From positions 141,741-205,740 of IMG/VR virus record IMGVR_UViG_3300017565_000001: a stretch of 64,000 nucleotides of DNA; one strand, given 5' to 3'. How positions within the stretch are numbered: the first letter of the stretch is position 1; every line of letters begins with the position of its first letter. The stretch comes from a virus. Taxonomy: Duplodnaviria > Heunggongvirae > Uroviricota > Caudoviricetes. Shown in pieces: positions 54,637 to 62,754 of the stretch. The translations under genes were made by a program, and so were the position numbers. The notes under the pieces were generated by a model. It did not search any database. It had not been told where the DNA came from and worked only from the letters and a program-made list of their open reading frames with translations.

Positions 54637-55101
54637 ATGCGATACAGTGAACTCACACAATTGAACGAAAGTTCGGAATATCATGTCCGTATCAGGACAC
54701 AAAAGTCATCTCAAGAAGTCATTACTGAAATTTCTGATTTGATGAAAAAATGTGCTGCATTTGGTAAGCAGTTTATCACCAAGGATTCATCAACACCGGG
54801 TGGTCCCGATACTACTAAGTTCCGGGCATCCAACTGGGGCGGCATTGCATTCCATCGTGACTTTCAAGTCGGTAATTCGGTATACAAGTCGTTTCTGAAG
54901 ATCGGTACTGGTCTTGCTGATCGCGGTGATATCAAAGTTTGGGATATGTTCAAGAAAGAATTTACCCAGTACATAGGTCAGAAGATGGGAGCAATGTCAA
55001 CCACGTTTGAATGTCCGGATGGTACTGTTACAGTATATCCCAAGCATGGCACTAACTGGGGTGGTTACGGTATTCACTATTCCGACTACGTCTACAAATA
55101 A
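54637..55101 (+). CDS. hypothetical late protein
   Basis: AAGGA RBS; MRYSELTQLNE N-terminus. Confidence 0.7.
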   Translation: MRYSELTQLNESSEYHVRIRTQKSSQEVITEISDLMKKCAAFGKQFITKDSSTPGGPDTTKFRASNWGGIAFHRDFQVGNSVYKSFLKIGTGLADRGDIKVWDMFKKEFTQYIGQKMGAMSTTFECPDGTVTVYPKHGTNWGGYGIHYSDYVYK

Positions 55102-55186
55102 GGTTCAAACACGCTATACTGCGAACTATAAAACATTAGACTATTTGGCGTGCAAATAATAGAGTAATACCGAATAGGAGAAGCTC

Positions 55187-55417
55187 TTGAAATTGCACGT
55201 TTTGGATTATTGTGGTGAATACGGGGAATGCACGGTCTTTTTCGGCAACAACCTTACCAAGCCAATTGACATCATTGATGGAAACGATGCCACTTGGCGC
55301 CACGAATATTTTAATCCAGTTCTAGCACAAGTCGGAGTTGAGGTTGTTCACCTTCGTCAAGATAGCTTTGATGAAGCAGCACTTGAGGCCATGGTCGCGG
55401 AGTATTACGGTTATTGA
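55187..55417 (+). CDS. hypothetical protein
   Basis: AGGAG RBS, TTG start. Confidence 0.55.
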   Translation: MKLHVLDYCGEYGECTVFFGNNLTKPIDIIDGNDATWRHEYFNPVLAQVGVEVVHLRQDSFDEAALEAMVAEYYGY

Positions 55418-55487
55418 TAAATAAATTTGACTACTGGCAGGAAAGCAGTAGAATAGAGTTCTGATGCAGCAACAGCGCATCAACAAT

Positions 55488-55564
55488 CTGAGCGTAGGTC
55501 AGTCTGGTAGACCGCTTGCTTTGGGAGCAAGATGTCGGGAGTTCGAATCTCTCCGTTCAGACCA
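55488..55564 (+). tRNA. tRNA-Pro(TGG)
   Basis: cloverleaf, CCA, terminator after. Confidence 0.95.
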
Positions 55565-55690
55565 ATACAGAAAGCCCGTCAAATTGACGGGCTTTCGTTC
55601 ATCCAAGTTTTACGATTCTTGTTCATTTGACGTTTGCATTCCTTGCCATATGGCATTACATTAATGCTTTGCTGACAACCCGAGAACTCG

Positions 55691-56191
55691 ATGAACAAAG
55701 AACAAATCCTCAAGCTCGCCGCTGAAGTAGCCCTTGACCTGAAGCTGGTTTGGTACAGTGGTGACAAGAAGGTATTTGTTGGTGGCAACGATGCCGAAAA
55801 GGGTATTTGGGAACGAACTATTCGTGGTTCTGACAAGGACACGTTGGTGGAAGCCTTGATGAAACATCCGCTGATCGCCAGCGAAGTCACGACACTCGTT
55901 CTTTCCGGTGATTATCGGGAGACTCATACTCTCATCTCCAACATGTGCTTCAAATTCACTAAGCCACTCTTCCGTAAGGAATTGAAGGCTGAGATCGCCA
56001 AGCGTGGCGAAGGTTGTATGGCCGTTCAGGCAGAAACCAAGGTTATGATTTGGCAGCGTGAAGGCCAGGAAGTTCGCACCCAGATCGAAACATTCCGCAA
56101 AACCCTGTCCACAGCCCAGATTGCTGAATTTGAAAGCATCCTGAGCAAGGTCGAGACCCGTATGCGGGTGACCGAAGGAAGCCACTGGTGA
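55691..56191 (+). CDS. hypothetical protein, paralog A1
   Basis: I..LAA.V.....LVW...D..VFVG. Confidence 0.7.
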   Translation: MNKEQILKLAAEVALDLKLVWYSGDKKVFVGGNDAEKGIWERTIRGSDKDTLVEALMKHPLIASEVTTLVLSGDYRETHTLISNMCFKFTKPLFRKELKAEIAKRGEGCMAVQAETKVMIWQREGQEVRTQIETFRKTLSTAQIAEFESILSKVETRMRVTEGSHW

Positions 56192-56715
56192 TGAACCTCA
56201 ACGGAATGGGTGAACGCATCCGTGAAATCGCGGCCGACATCTTGATTCAAAACAAGATGGTGTGGGTTGACTACGGTGGCCATATCTATGTGGGGAAAAC
56301 CACGGATGGTCAATTTGAGGTTGATATTACCGCACACGAATTGTTCGAGTTAGCTTATGCTGTCATGGATCACCCAGAAATCAACCCCACGGTCATTGCT
56401 AGAAAGTTGAGTGACGACGGGATTGACTCAATAAAGAGTGAAGTGTGTGGTCATCTATTGAATGATGGCCATTTCAGCACAATCAAATGGATGCTACAAC
56501 AACGATTTGTCGAATATGGCAAAGCAAGTGGCATCTTAGTCAATCCAATTTTTCCTGACACCAAAGCTATGGCTATGCGCATCATGGATGATTGCGCAAT
56601 CATCGAAACGTTGGTAGGCCCAGAACATGAAATCATTATCAAGGCTCTCCGACAAAATTCCTGGGGTTTGATCTCCATTGTCGAACCGATGCCTGATGAG
56701 GATGACGACGAATGA
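56188..56715 (+). CDS. hypothetical protein, paralog A2
   Basis: IREIAADI.....MVWVDYGG.IYVG. Confidence 0.7.
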   Translation: MMNLNGMGERIREIAADILIQNKMVWVDYGGHIYVGKTTDGQFEVDITAHELFELAYAVMDHPEINPTVIARKLSDDGIDSIKSEVCGHLLNDGHFSTIKWMLQQRFVEYGKASGILVNPIFPDTKAMAMRIMDDCAIIETLVGPEHEIIIKALRQNSWGLISIVEPMPDEDDDE

Positions 56716-57212
56716 AAGAAGCAAAGAACAAAATCATCGAATTTGTTACCACCAAACTTCTCACGGACGGCATGACGTGGATTGATATTGATGGCACGAT
56801 TCGGTTCGGCCTCAATAATCCATCCGTCAATCAATACTCGGAAAACGTCCGTTCATTTTTGCATTATCCATGCGGGTCGGCTGTACTCACGTTGTTGAAG
56901 AACGACCCAGAAATGGACGCAGTTATGACCATGCAATGCCTCCAGTACAGCCAATCTCAATTGGTCAATCGGCTGGGTAACATGATTTCTTCTTGGAAGG
57001 GTGAGATTATTCCCATTGCTCGAGCCAAGGTTCTCGCTAGTGGTGTTGAAAAATATCCACAACGTCGGCCATCCAAACGTGACATTCGCAGGCAAGAATT
57101 GAAAGACGCCCGCGAACAACTGATGGCATTCGAGCAAAAGCTATCACCAGAACGTCAAGTTGAACTTCAGAGCATCATTAGTAAACTCAACAAATTCATG
57201 AAGGAAATCTAA
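56712..57212 (+). CDS. hypothetical protein, paralog A3
   Basis: IIEFVTTKL....MTWIDIDG.IRFG. Confidence 0.7.
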   Translation: MKEAKNKIIEFVTTKLLTDGMTWIDIDGTIRFGLNNPSVNQYSENVRSFLHYPCGSAVLTLLKNDPEMDAVMTMQCLQYSQSQLVNRLGNMISSWKGEIIPIARAKVLASGVEKYPQRRPSKRDIRRQELKDAREQLMAFEQKLSPERQVELQSIISKLNKFMKEI

Positions 57213-57655
57213 TGAGTGAAATTGTGACCCTCAAGCAATTCAAATATCGCAGTCAGACTATCAAGTGGTCCTTTTGGTTAGTCATTGGCTATTGCGCATG
57301 GTTTTTCTTATGCGAGGGAATGGATTATCTGGTCGCAAAAGGTGGCAATCCCAGTAGTTCGTATACAAGTGACATTCACGTCACTCCCGTTACTGTTGAA
57401 TCAAACAATGGATGTACTGGCGGTAAGGGATCTTCATGCAATTACACGATTGCATGGTCGAATGGTGAACGCTATTACATTCAGAGCTCGAACGCTTACG
57501 CTGTCGGCCAAACTATCTACCATTCGGCATGGACCAACGCTGACGGGAAAACTTTCTATCGATATAGCTGGTCACCCGCCAAGAATGAAACGCCCCCAAC
57601 CTGGCTGTCAAAATATTTCATGAAGGACAACAGTGTCAAGCGCAACAAAGACTAA
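57212..57655 (+). CDS. membrane-anchored exported protein
   Basis: N-terminal TM helix, Cys pair. Confidence 0.6.
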   Translation: MSEIVTLKQFKYRSQTIKWSFWLVIGYCAWFFLCEGMDYLVAKGGNPSSSYTSDIHVTPVTVESNNGCTGGKGSSCNYTIAWSNGERYYIQSSNAYAVGQTIYHSAWTNADGKTFYRYSWSPAKNETPPTWLSKYFMKDNSVKRNKD

Positions 57656-57917
57656 GGAAAAGAAGCCCAAAGTTAAGGCAAGTGACAGTGCCAAAGCGTA
57701 CACCTACAACTTGCCTTCTGGTCCTCTACCTGCAAGGGATTTCTTTCGATCAATCATTGCTGAGGTTCCTGAGGAGAAGATTCTGCAATACGACCATGAA
57801 AACGGGCATATCACTCGTGAAGCGCTTCTTCAGTCGATTGATGATGACACAGAATTGGCAAAACGATTCATCACCGACATGATGCGAATCACTCGTGACA
57901 TGATGATTTACCGATAA
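57633..57917 (+). CDS. hypothetical protein
   Basis: AAGGA RBS, GTG start. Confidence 0.55.
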   Translation: MSSATKTKEKKPKVKASDSAKAYTYNLPSGPLPARDFFRSIIAEVPEEKILQYDHENGHITREALLQSIDDDTELAKRFITDMMRITRDMMIYR

Positions 57918-57987
57918 CCAGGTTCCCTTGATCCCCAGTTGCCATTCCTTTAGATTGACTGGTAACTTATCTTCATGTTGATAAACC

Positions 57988-58359
57988 GTGAACATTCTGT
58001 CCAAAATAATTAAATTCTTCCAGACACTCACTGCACCGTTAAAAAATCAGCCCATTGAAAAATGGCTGCTGGTGCGAACGTATGTGGTGGATGTTACCGT
58101 CACCCGCTCACCAGAAACAGACAGAGTAGGTGAAACTGGATTCGCGTATGCTTACATGTTTGAATCCGAATCTGGTAAGCGGCGAGTTGAATTTGGATGC
58201 AGTCTTTCTGGCTTTGATGCCGAGACATCATTCAAGAAATTGCGAGACTGGGCCGAACATGTTTATCCATGGGTGAATGGTCGGTATTTGGCCAATACGC
58301 CAACTTATTCCGAAGCTGAAAGCTTGGATGTTGCGGCAAGGCTCAAGGATTGTTCATGA
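57988..58359 (+). CDS. hypothetical protein, paralog B1
   Basis: FESESGKRRVE ... YPWVNGRY...P.Y. Confidence 0.7.
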   Translation: MNILSKIIKFFQTLTAPLKNQPIEKWLLVRTYVVDVTVTRSPETDRVGETGFAYAYMFESESGKRRVEFGCSLSGFDAETSFKKLRDWAEHVYPWVNGRYLANTPTYSEAESLDVAARLKDCS

Positions 58360-58703
58360 AGACACTTCAAACATGGTTCAAAAATCTGTTCACCCGCAAG
58401 CGTGAATACCTGGTACATACCCTTGAACTGACTATCACAATCAATTACGTGAATCAGTTCAAAGAAGTCAGTTATACGGAAAACGACGTAATGTTTCGCA
58501 TCCACTTGTTTGAATCAAACAAAGGCAAGCGACGTTATGAAGTTTTCTGTACCAGTAGTCGTTGTGATGCTCAGGGAATCGTAAAACGTCAGACTGAGTT
58601 CCACGATATTGTATATCCATGGCTTCATGGGCGATATGTTGAAGGTATCCCTCATTACACACAAGTCGCAGCAGAAGACCTCATGAAAAAGTTGGGTGAA
58701 TAA
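58356..58703 (+). CDS. hypothetical protein, paralog B2
   Basis: FESNKGKRRYE ... YPWLHGRY..IP.Y. Confidence 0.7.
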   Translation: MKTLQTWFKNLFTRKREYLVHTLELTITINYVNQFKEVSYTENDVMFRIHLFESNKGKRRYEVFCTSSRCDAQGIVKRQTEFHDIVYPWLHGRYVEGIPHYTQVAAEDLMKKLGE

Positions 58704-59038
58704 TGAATTGGCTGAAGAAACTCTTTACTCCTGAACCTCCCCCACCACCTCCGCCGCCGCCCGAGCATTGGCTTCATGTTCACATGATTGAAGAGAAGCG
58801 TAAAGTGGAGGATCGGGATGTTCTGTTCTATCTTCATTTTTATGAATCCAATCGTGGAAACCGTAAGGTTGAACTGACTAGTTCATACTATGATGAATGT
58901 AAGGCATCTACCTTTCTGGGACAGATGTTTGCATACAACACCAAAGCCAGACCATGGTTAAGTGGTCGCTACGACCCTGATATTCCACGTTATGTGGAGG
59001 TACCAGCCGTGGATGTGGCCAACAAGTTATCACAATAA
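58703..59038 (+). CDS. hypothetical protein, paralog B3
   Basis: YESNRGNRKVE ... PWLSGRY...IP.Y. Confidence 0.7.
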   Translation: MNWLKKLFTPEPPPPPPPPPEHWLHVHMIEEKRKVEDRDVLFYLHFYESNRGNRKVELTSSYYDECKASTFLGQMFAYNTKARPWLSGRYDPDIPRYVEVPAVDVANKLSQ

Positions 59039-59140
59039 TGGTTACAAGGTGGCGATGAATATTCATCGCCATTCACTTGACTGGCATTTTCTTTCGTGTA
59101 TCATTCACATACGGTAAACGAAACGGCAAAGGAGCCATAA

Positions 59141-59323
59141 ATGAGCAAGTCCTACAAGCACATGAACGCAGAAACGGCCGAACGTGCTCGCAACGTGAAG
59201 AACGCTCGTCGCAACCGCCAAAATCTGCGTTCGCAGTTCAGCGGCATGGACCCCGACTCCACCATGGAACGCCATGTTGAACTGGCGATGGCTCGCGCCC
59301 CGCGCAATAAATCCAGCTACTAA
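59141..59323 (+). CDS. hypothetical basic protein
   Basis: AAGGAG RBS. Confidence 0.6.
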   Translation: MSKSYKHMNAETAERARNVKNARRNRQNLRSQFSGMDPDSTMERHVELAMARAPRNKSSY

Positions 59324-59631
59324 TGGCTGATGATAGTACTCAAGAGCTCAGCTTTGTCTGGGCTCTTTCGCCACCTGATCTCCTGAACGATATGGACAAG
59401 GCTTGGGCCAAAGCCAAGTTTGGTATTGAATACCAAACCGGTTATGTGATTCAGATTGCCAAAGAGTTCGTCTTTGATAATTCCTGGGTTCAACCTCTTT
59501 TCACGGTTGCGTTCTTTGAACGCTCTGGTGCATACGGCGAAGAGTTCACGTCTATTACGATTCGCAGGACCACCTTTGTTCACACATACAACGTTGAACT
59601 GGCAATGATGTTGAAACTGATGTTGCGTTGA
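59323..59631 (+). CDS. hypothetical protein
   Basis: C-terminal ELAMMLKL. Confidence 0.6.
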   Translation: MADDSTQELSFVWALSPPDLLNDMDKAWAKAKFGIEYQTGYVIQIAKEFVFDNSWVQPLFTVAFFERSGAYGEEFTSITIRRTTFVHTYNVELAMMLKLMLR

Positions 59632-59637
59632 TACAAC

Positions 59638-59958
59638 ATGACTGACTCACGCTACGAATTTCAAGATCCTGATTTTCCCATGTTCGTTGGTCCTGGGGGC
59701 TTCTTCACCAAAGCGGTTGTTGAAAAATGGTGCAAGCGCGAACCATTGATGCGGGGTGGAATCATATTTCAGATTTCTGATAAATTCTGGGATGGTCCAT
59801 ACAACAGTGACATTGGTCCCAAGTACATCGAACCCTTGAAGTCGATATTGGACTCAGACCCAAGACGCCGCATCTATGTGTCTGCTGGTTTGCAGCACTT
59901 TGTATGGACGGATTCTCCCGACAGTCAGACTGCTCTGATGTTAGCCCTTTACCCATAA
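59638..59958 (+). CDS. hypothetical protein
   Basis: ORF track. Confidence 0.6.
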   Translation: MTDSRYEFQDPDFPMFVGPGGFFTKAVVEKWCKREPLMRGGIIFQISDKFWDGPYNSDIGPKYIEPLKSILDSDPRRRIYVSAGLQHFVWTDSPDSQTALMLALYP

Positions 59959-60191
59959 TTCATATGAAATTTGAAAAGATTGCCCAAGATGCTCTGCATT
60001 TGTCCAAGAACATGACCGAGGCAGAACTTATCGCCACAATCAAATCCCTAGAGGATCGAATCGAGCGATACAAGATCACAGTCGTCAACTACCCACCTGA
60101 ACGCATGAAGAAACATGGCGAGCCTTACCTAACATATCTGAGGGACAAGCTTGCCACCTTTGTTGATGAGCTAAAGAGTCGCCAACCATAA
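59904..60191 (+). CDS. hypothetical protein (start likely MKFEK ~59964)
   Basis: ORF track. Confidence 0.55.
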   Translation: MDGFSRQSDCSDVSPLPIIHMKFEKIAQDALHLSKNMTEAELIATIKSLEDRIERYKITVVNYPPERMKKHGEPYLTYLRDKLATFVDELKSRQP

Positions 60192-60220
60192 TTGCTATCC
60201 TGTTGCCATTCCTATAGAGT

Positions 60221-60436
60221 ATGGTCTCAAAGGAGGCCTTCTTTATGGCACAAACACTAACTCTGGAAGAATTTGACGAGCAATTCAATGGTGCGCCCAT
60301 TGACTTGGAAGAGCTGGCACGATACGCCACAAGCGTCGAAGACGACGTAGAACTCGCTGACGCAGCTGACGCCTTTTTGGAATCTATGGAAGACTTCCGT
60401 TCTGAACTGGCTGCACGAAATATTGAGTTAGGTTGA
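60221..60436 (+). CDS. hypothetical acidic protein (start likely MAQT)
   Basis: AAGGAGG RBS. Confidence 0.6.
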   Translation: MVSKEAFFMAQTLTLEEFDEQFNGAPIDLEELARYATSVEDDVELADAADAFLESMEDFRSELAARNIELG

Positions 60437-60624
60437 AGATTTCAAAGCTTCGTCATAAATATGTTGACAAGCAAAACGATTGTGCGTAAAGTACGATCTC
60501 GCAAGTGAGAAATCACAAGCAACAAGAAATTTGAGATGACATCAAAAAGTTCTTGCAAGTTTGGCAAGCAATTGTTAGACTTGAAACTGTTGTAGGTTGT
60601 TTCTAACGAAGCAGCTTGCAATTT

Positions 60625-60871
60625 AGGATTGGTACAGCAAACTCCAAAATCTACTTAACCGTCGATGTTGCTGGACTTAATCGTTGCTGAGGAAACTCAG
60701 CAGGGCATCTGGGGTCTTGAATGACTCCGTATAGATGACCCCATTCCGCAAGGGTGTTGATTAAGGTGTGCGGCAACTAGGTTCATGACCGAAATCATGA
60801 TATTGTTGGTAGAAACCAACGGGGCACGTAGGACCCTGAACGTGTCTTATAGAAGGGGGACCGCAATCCTG
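60625..60871 (+). ncRNA. large ACAGCAA-scaffold RNA with multi-hairpin insert
   Basis: AGGATTG/CAATCCT closing stem, TACAGCAAA, ends ATCCTGTTA like the 39490 element; at least 5 internal hairpins. Confidence 0.55.
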
Positions 60872-61060
60872 TTAACCCCCACTGAAAAGTGGAAAAATTC
60901 ATTGGTGTAGTGTAAAAACTACACCTTGTGAACAAGGTTAAAAATTTTGTTGTTTTATCACAAAGTATTTGACACTGTTTGCTAAATAGATTTACCATAA
61001 ACGTATTGTTAATTGCTGAAGACATTGTGTCCAAGGCACTTTCTAGGATTAGAGACTGAA

Positions 61061-61189
61061 ATGAAACCCTTTTTCCATCAACCCGTCGTGAAAGCGCTGA
61101 GCTTGCCCGCGATGTTTGCCGCCCAATGGCAAACCCGCAGTCAGCTTCGCAATATTCGCGATAATCGGGTAGGGGTCTTAGGAACGTAA
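61061..61189 (+). CDS. attenuator leader peptide 2 (42 aa; not in ORF track)
   Basis: MKPFFHQPVVKALSLPAMFAAQWQTRSQLRNIRDNRVGVLGT directly before terminator and tRNA array. Confidence 0.75.
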   Translation: MKPFFHQPVVKALSLPAMFAAQWQTRSQLRNIRDNRVGVLGT

Positions 61190-61254
61190 GTTCAGTCAAG
61201 CGCATACGCTTAACTAAGATCCCTAGAATGTAAAAGTTCTAGGGATTTTTGTTT
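61172..61254 (+). promoter_or_regulatory. attenuator 2: antiterminator 61172-61181/61214-61223 competing with terminator 61219-61228/61237-61246
   Basis: GGGGTCTTAG/CTAAGATCCC (10 bp); ATCCCTAGAA/TTCTAGGGAT followed by TTTTGTTT. Confidence 0.85.
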
Positions 61255-61426
61255 GGCAAGCGAACCGTGAAAAATGAGGAAACGAGCTCCTCGATTCACA
61301 CGGCAAAAAGAGAATCAAAGGGGCGGAGCTAGGGCATGAACACTGGGCGATAACCAGTTAGTAAGAACTAGTTCATATGTGAGTGTCTGTACGTTGGCAT
61401 TCACATACGTTCAGAGAGTTCTTTGT

Positions 61427-61503
61427 CTGGGATTAGGAAAGTCAGGTTAATCCATTTGGTTTGGAACCATAGGGCCCCGGTTCGAATCCGGGATCCCAGA
61501 CAA
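61427..61503 (+). tRNA. tRNA-Pro(TGG)
   Basis: cloverleaf; ends ACAA. Confidence 0.8.
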
Positions 61504-61539
61504 AGAGCTCACTGAACAGCAAAGAATGAAAATTCTTTG

Positions 61540-61619
61540 CTCCGCAGAATCCAAGCTTGGTGCAAGGACTTGACTGTTAATCAATGATTAGCTGGGTTCG
61601 ATCCCCAGATGCGGAGCAA
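61540..61619 (+). tRNA. tRNA-Asn(GTT)
   Basis: TTGA-CTGTTAA-TCAA, T-arm; ends GCAA. Confidence 0.8.
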
Positions 61620-61631
61620 AGAGTTTTCAAT

Positions 61632-61708
61632 GGGCAGGTGGTGAGAAAGGTTAGTCCGAGATCCTTACAAGATCTAGCATGTCAGTTCGAGTCTGACCCT
61701 GCCTACCA
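61632..61708 (+). tRNA. tRNA-Val(TAC)
   Basis: AGATC-CTTACAA-GATCT; weak D-stem; CCA. Confidence 0.85.
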
Positions 61709-61725
61709 AGTTTTGTAGTATCTGA

Positions 61726-61800
61726 TGGGGTGTAGTGAAATGGCTATCACAGCTGACTTTGACTCAGCTATTTCTGGTTCGAATCCAGACACCCTTGCCA
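61726..61800 (+). tRNA. tRNA-Gln(TTG)
   Basis: cloverleaf, CCA. Confidence 0.95.
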
Positions 61801-61821
61801 GAAATCAAGAGATTATTTAGG

Positions 61822-61897
61822 GGTGGCTATAGTTCAATGGCTAGAATTGCTGACTGTGAATCAGCGGAAGAGGGATCGAAACCCTCTAGTCACCCCT
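61822..61897 (+). tRNA. tRNA-His(GTG)
   Basis: G-1:C73, GTG anticodon, atypical T-loop ATCGAAA. Confidence 0.9.
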
Positions 61898-61909
61898 AAA
61901 TGATCTCAT

Positions 61910-61985
61910 GCAGATGTGACAGTGATGGTTCATGTGCTAGTTTGAAAAACTAGATATGTTGGTTCGATCCCAACCGTCTGCACCA
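61910..61985 (+). tRNA. tRNA-Phe(GAA)
   Basis: CTAGT-TTGAAAA-ACTAG, CCA. Confidence 0.9.
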
Positions 61986-61992
61986 AGTTTGA

Positions 61993-62072
61993 TGGGGAGT
62001 GAGTGCAAGTGGTCTAAGCCGACTGGTTCTGAGCCAGTATGTTCGTAGGTTCGAATCCTACCTCCCCCGCCA
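61993..62072 (+). tRNA. tRNA-Gln(CTG)
   Basis: ACTGG-TTCTGAG-CCAGT, CCA. Confidence 0.9.
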
Positions 62073-62093
62073 ATTGCAGTAGAAAAGTTCAAC

Positions 62094-62169
62094 GGGTCGT
62101 TGACAGAGCGGTTTATGTACCGGACTCTTAATCCGTGCCAGGTGGGTTCGACTCCCACGCGACCCACCA
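62094..62169 (+). tRNA. tRNA-Lys(CTT)
   Basis: cloverleaf, CCA. Confidence 0.95.
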
Positions 62170-62175
62170 AATTAT

Positions 62176-62249
62176 ATCCATGAGCCGGAAGATTGACGGT
62201 GCTACCATCAGGTAGTGAAAGACGATTGAAATGATCTCCATGGGTACCA
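62176..62249 (+). ncRNA. tRNA-sized CCA-ended RNA with no anticodon loop or T-loop consensus
   Basis: ATCCATG/CATGGGT A CCA; GCTACC-ATCA-GGTAGT hairpin. Confidence 0.5.
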
Positions 62250-62260
62250 AGTTTTACGCT

Positions 62261-62335
62261 GGTCTGTTCATATAATGGTTATTATGCTGGACTGTCTATC
62301 CGGACACACGGGTTCGATCCCCGTACAGACCGCCA
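62261..62335 (+). tRNA. tRNA-Asp(GTC)
   Basis: cloverleaf, CCA. Confidence 0.95.
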
Positions 62336-62388
62336 AGTTTCACAGTGTATTGTAGGTCCCCGAGATCTCTACACAAACCAAGTTTTAT

Positions 62389-62472
62389 CCCCCGGTGGCT
62401 AATCCAAATCTGGTACAGGTAGCGTCCTCAGACGGCGTGCCTCTGTCGGTTCGAATCCGACCCAGGGGACCA
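62389..62472 (+). tRNA. tRNA-Leu(CAG), short variable region
   Basis: GCGTC-CTCAGAC-GGCGT, A73, CCA. Confidence 0.8.
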
Positions 62473-62481
62473 ATTTTAAAT

Positions 62482-62571
62482 GGGCAGTTACCCAAGTGGT
62501 TAAGGGGACGGTTTGCTAAACCGTTAGGTCGGTCAAATGGCGCGTGGGTTCGAACCCCACACTGCCCGCCA
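62482..62571 (+). tRNA. tRNA-Ser(GCT)
   Basis: type II cloverleaf, CCA. Confidence 0.95.
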
Positions 62572-62593
62572 TATTTCTTTGAGCATGATTTGC

Positions 62594-62668
62594 TCCGGTG
62601 TAGCTCAGTGGTAGAGTAGCGGACTGTTAATCCGTTTGTCGCTGGTTCGAGCCCAGCCTCCGGAGCAA
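62594..62668 (+). tRNA. tRNA-Asn(GTT)
   Basis: cloverleaf; ends GCAA. Confidence 0.95.
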
Positions 62669-62679
62669 ATCATGTTTAT

Positions 62680-62754
62680 GCGTCCTTCGTTCAGTGGAAA
62701 GGACAGTGGGCTACGAACCCGCAAACGGGAGTTCGATTCTCTCAGGACGCGCCA
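62680..62754 (+). tRNA. tRNA-Arg(ACG)
   Basis: cloverleaf, CCA. Confidence 0.95.

Noticed and set aside
60795-61205. 136-aa minus-strand ORF
   Set aside because: It overlaps the structured RNA, promoter and leader 2 on the other strand; no RBS or motif.
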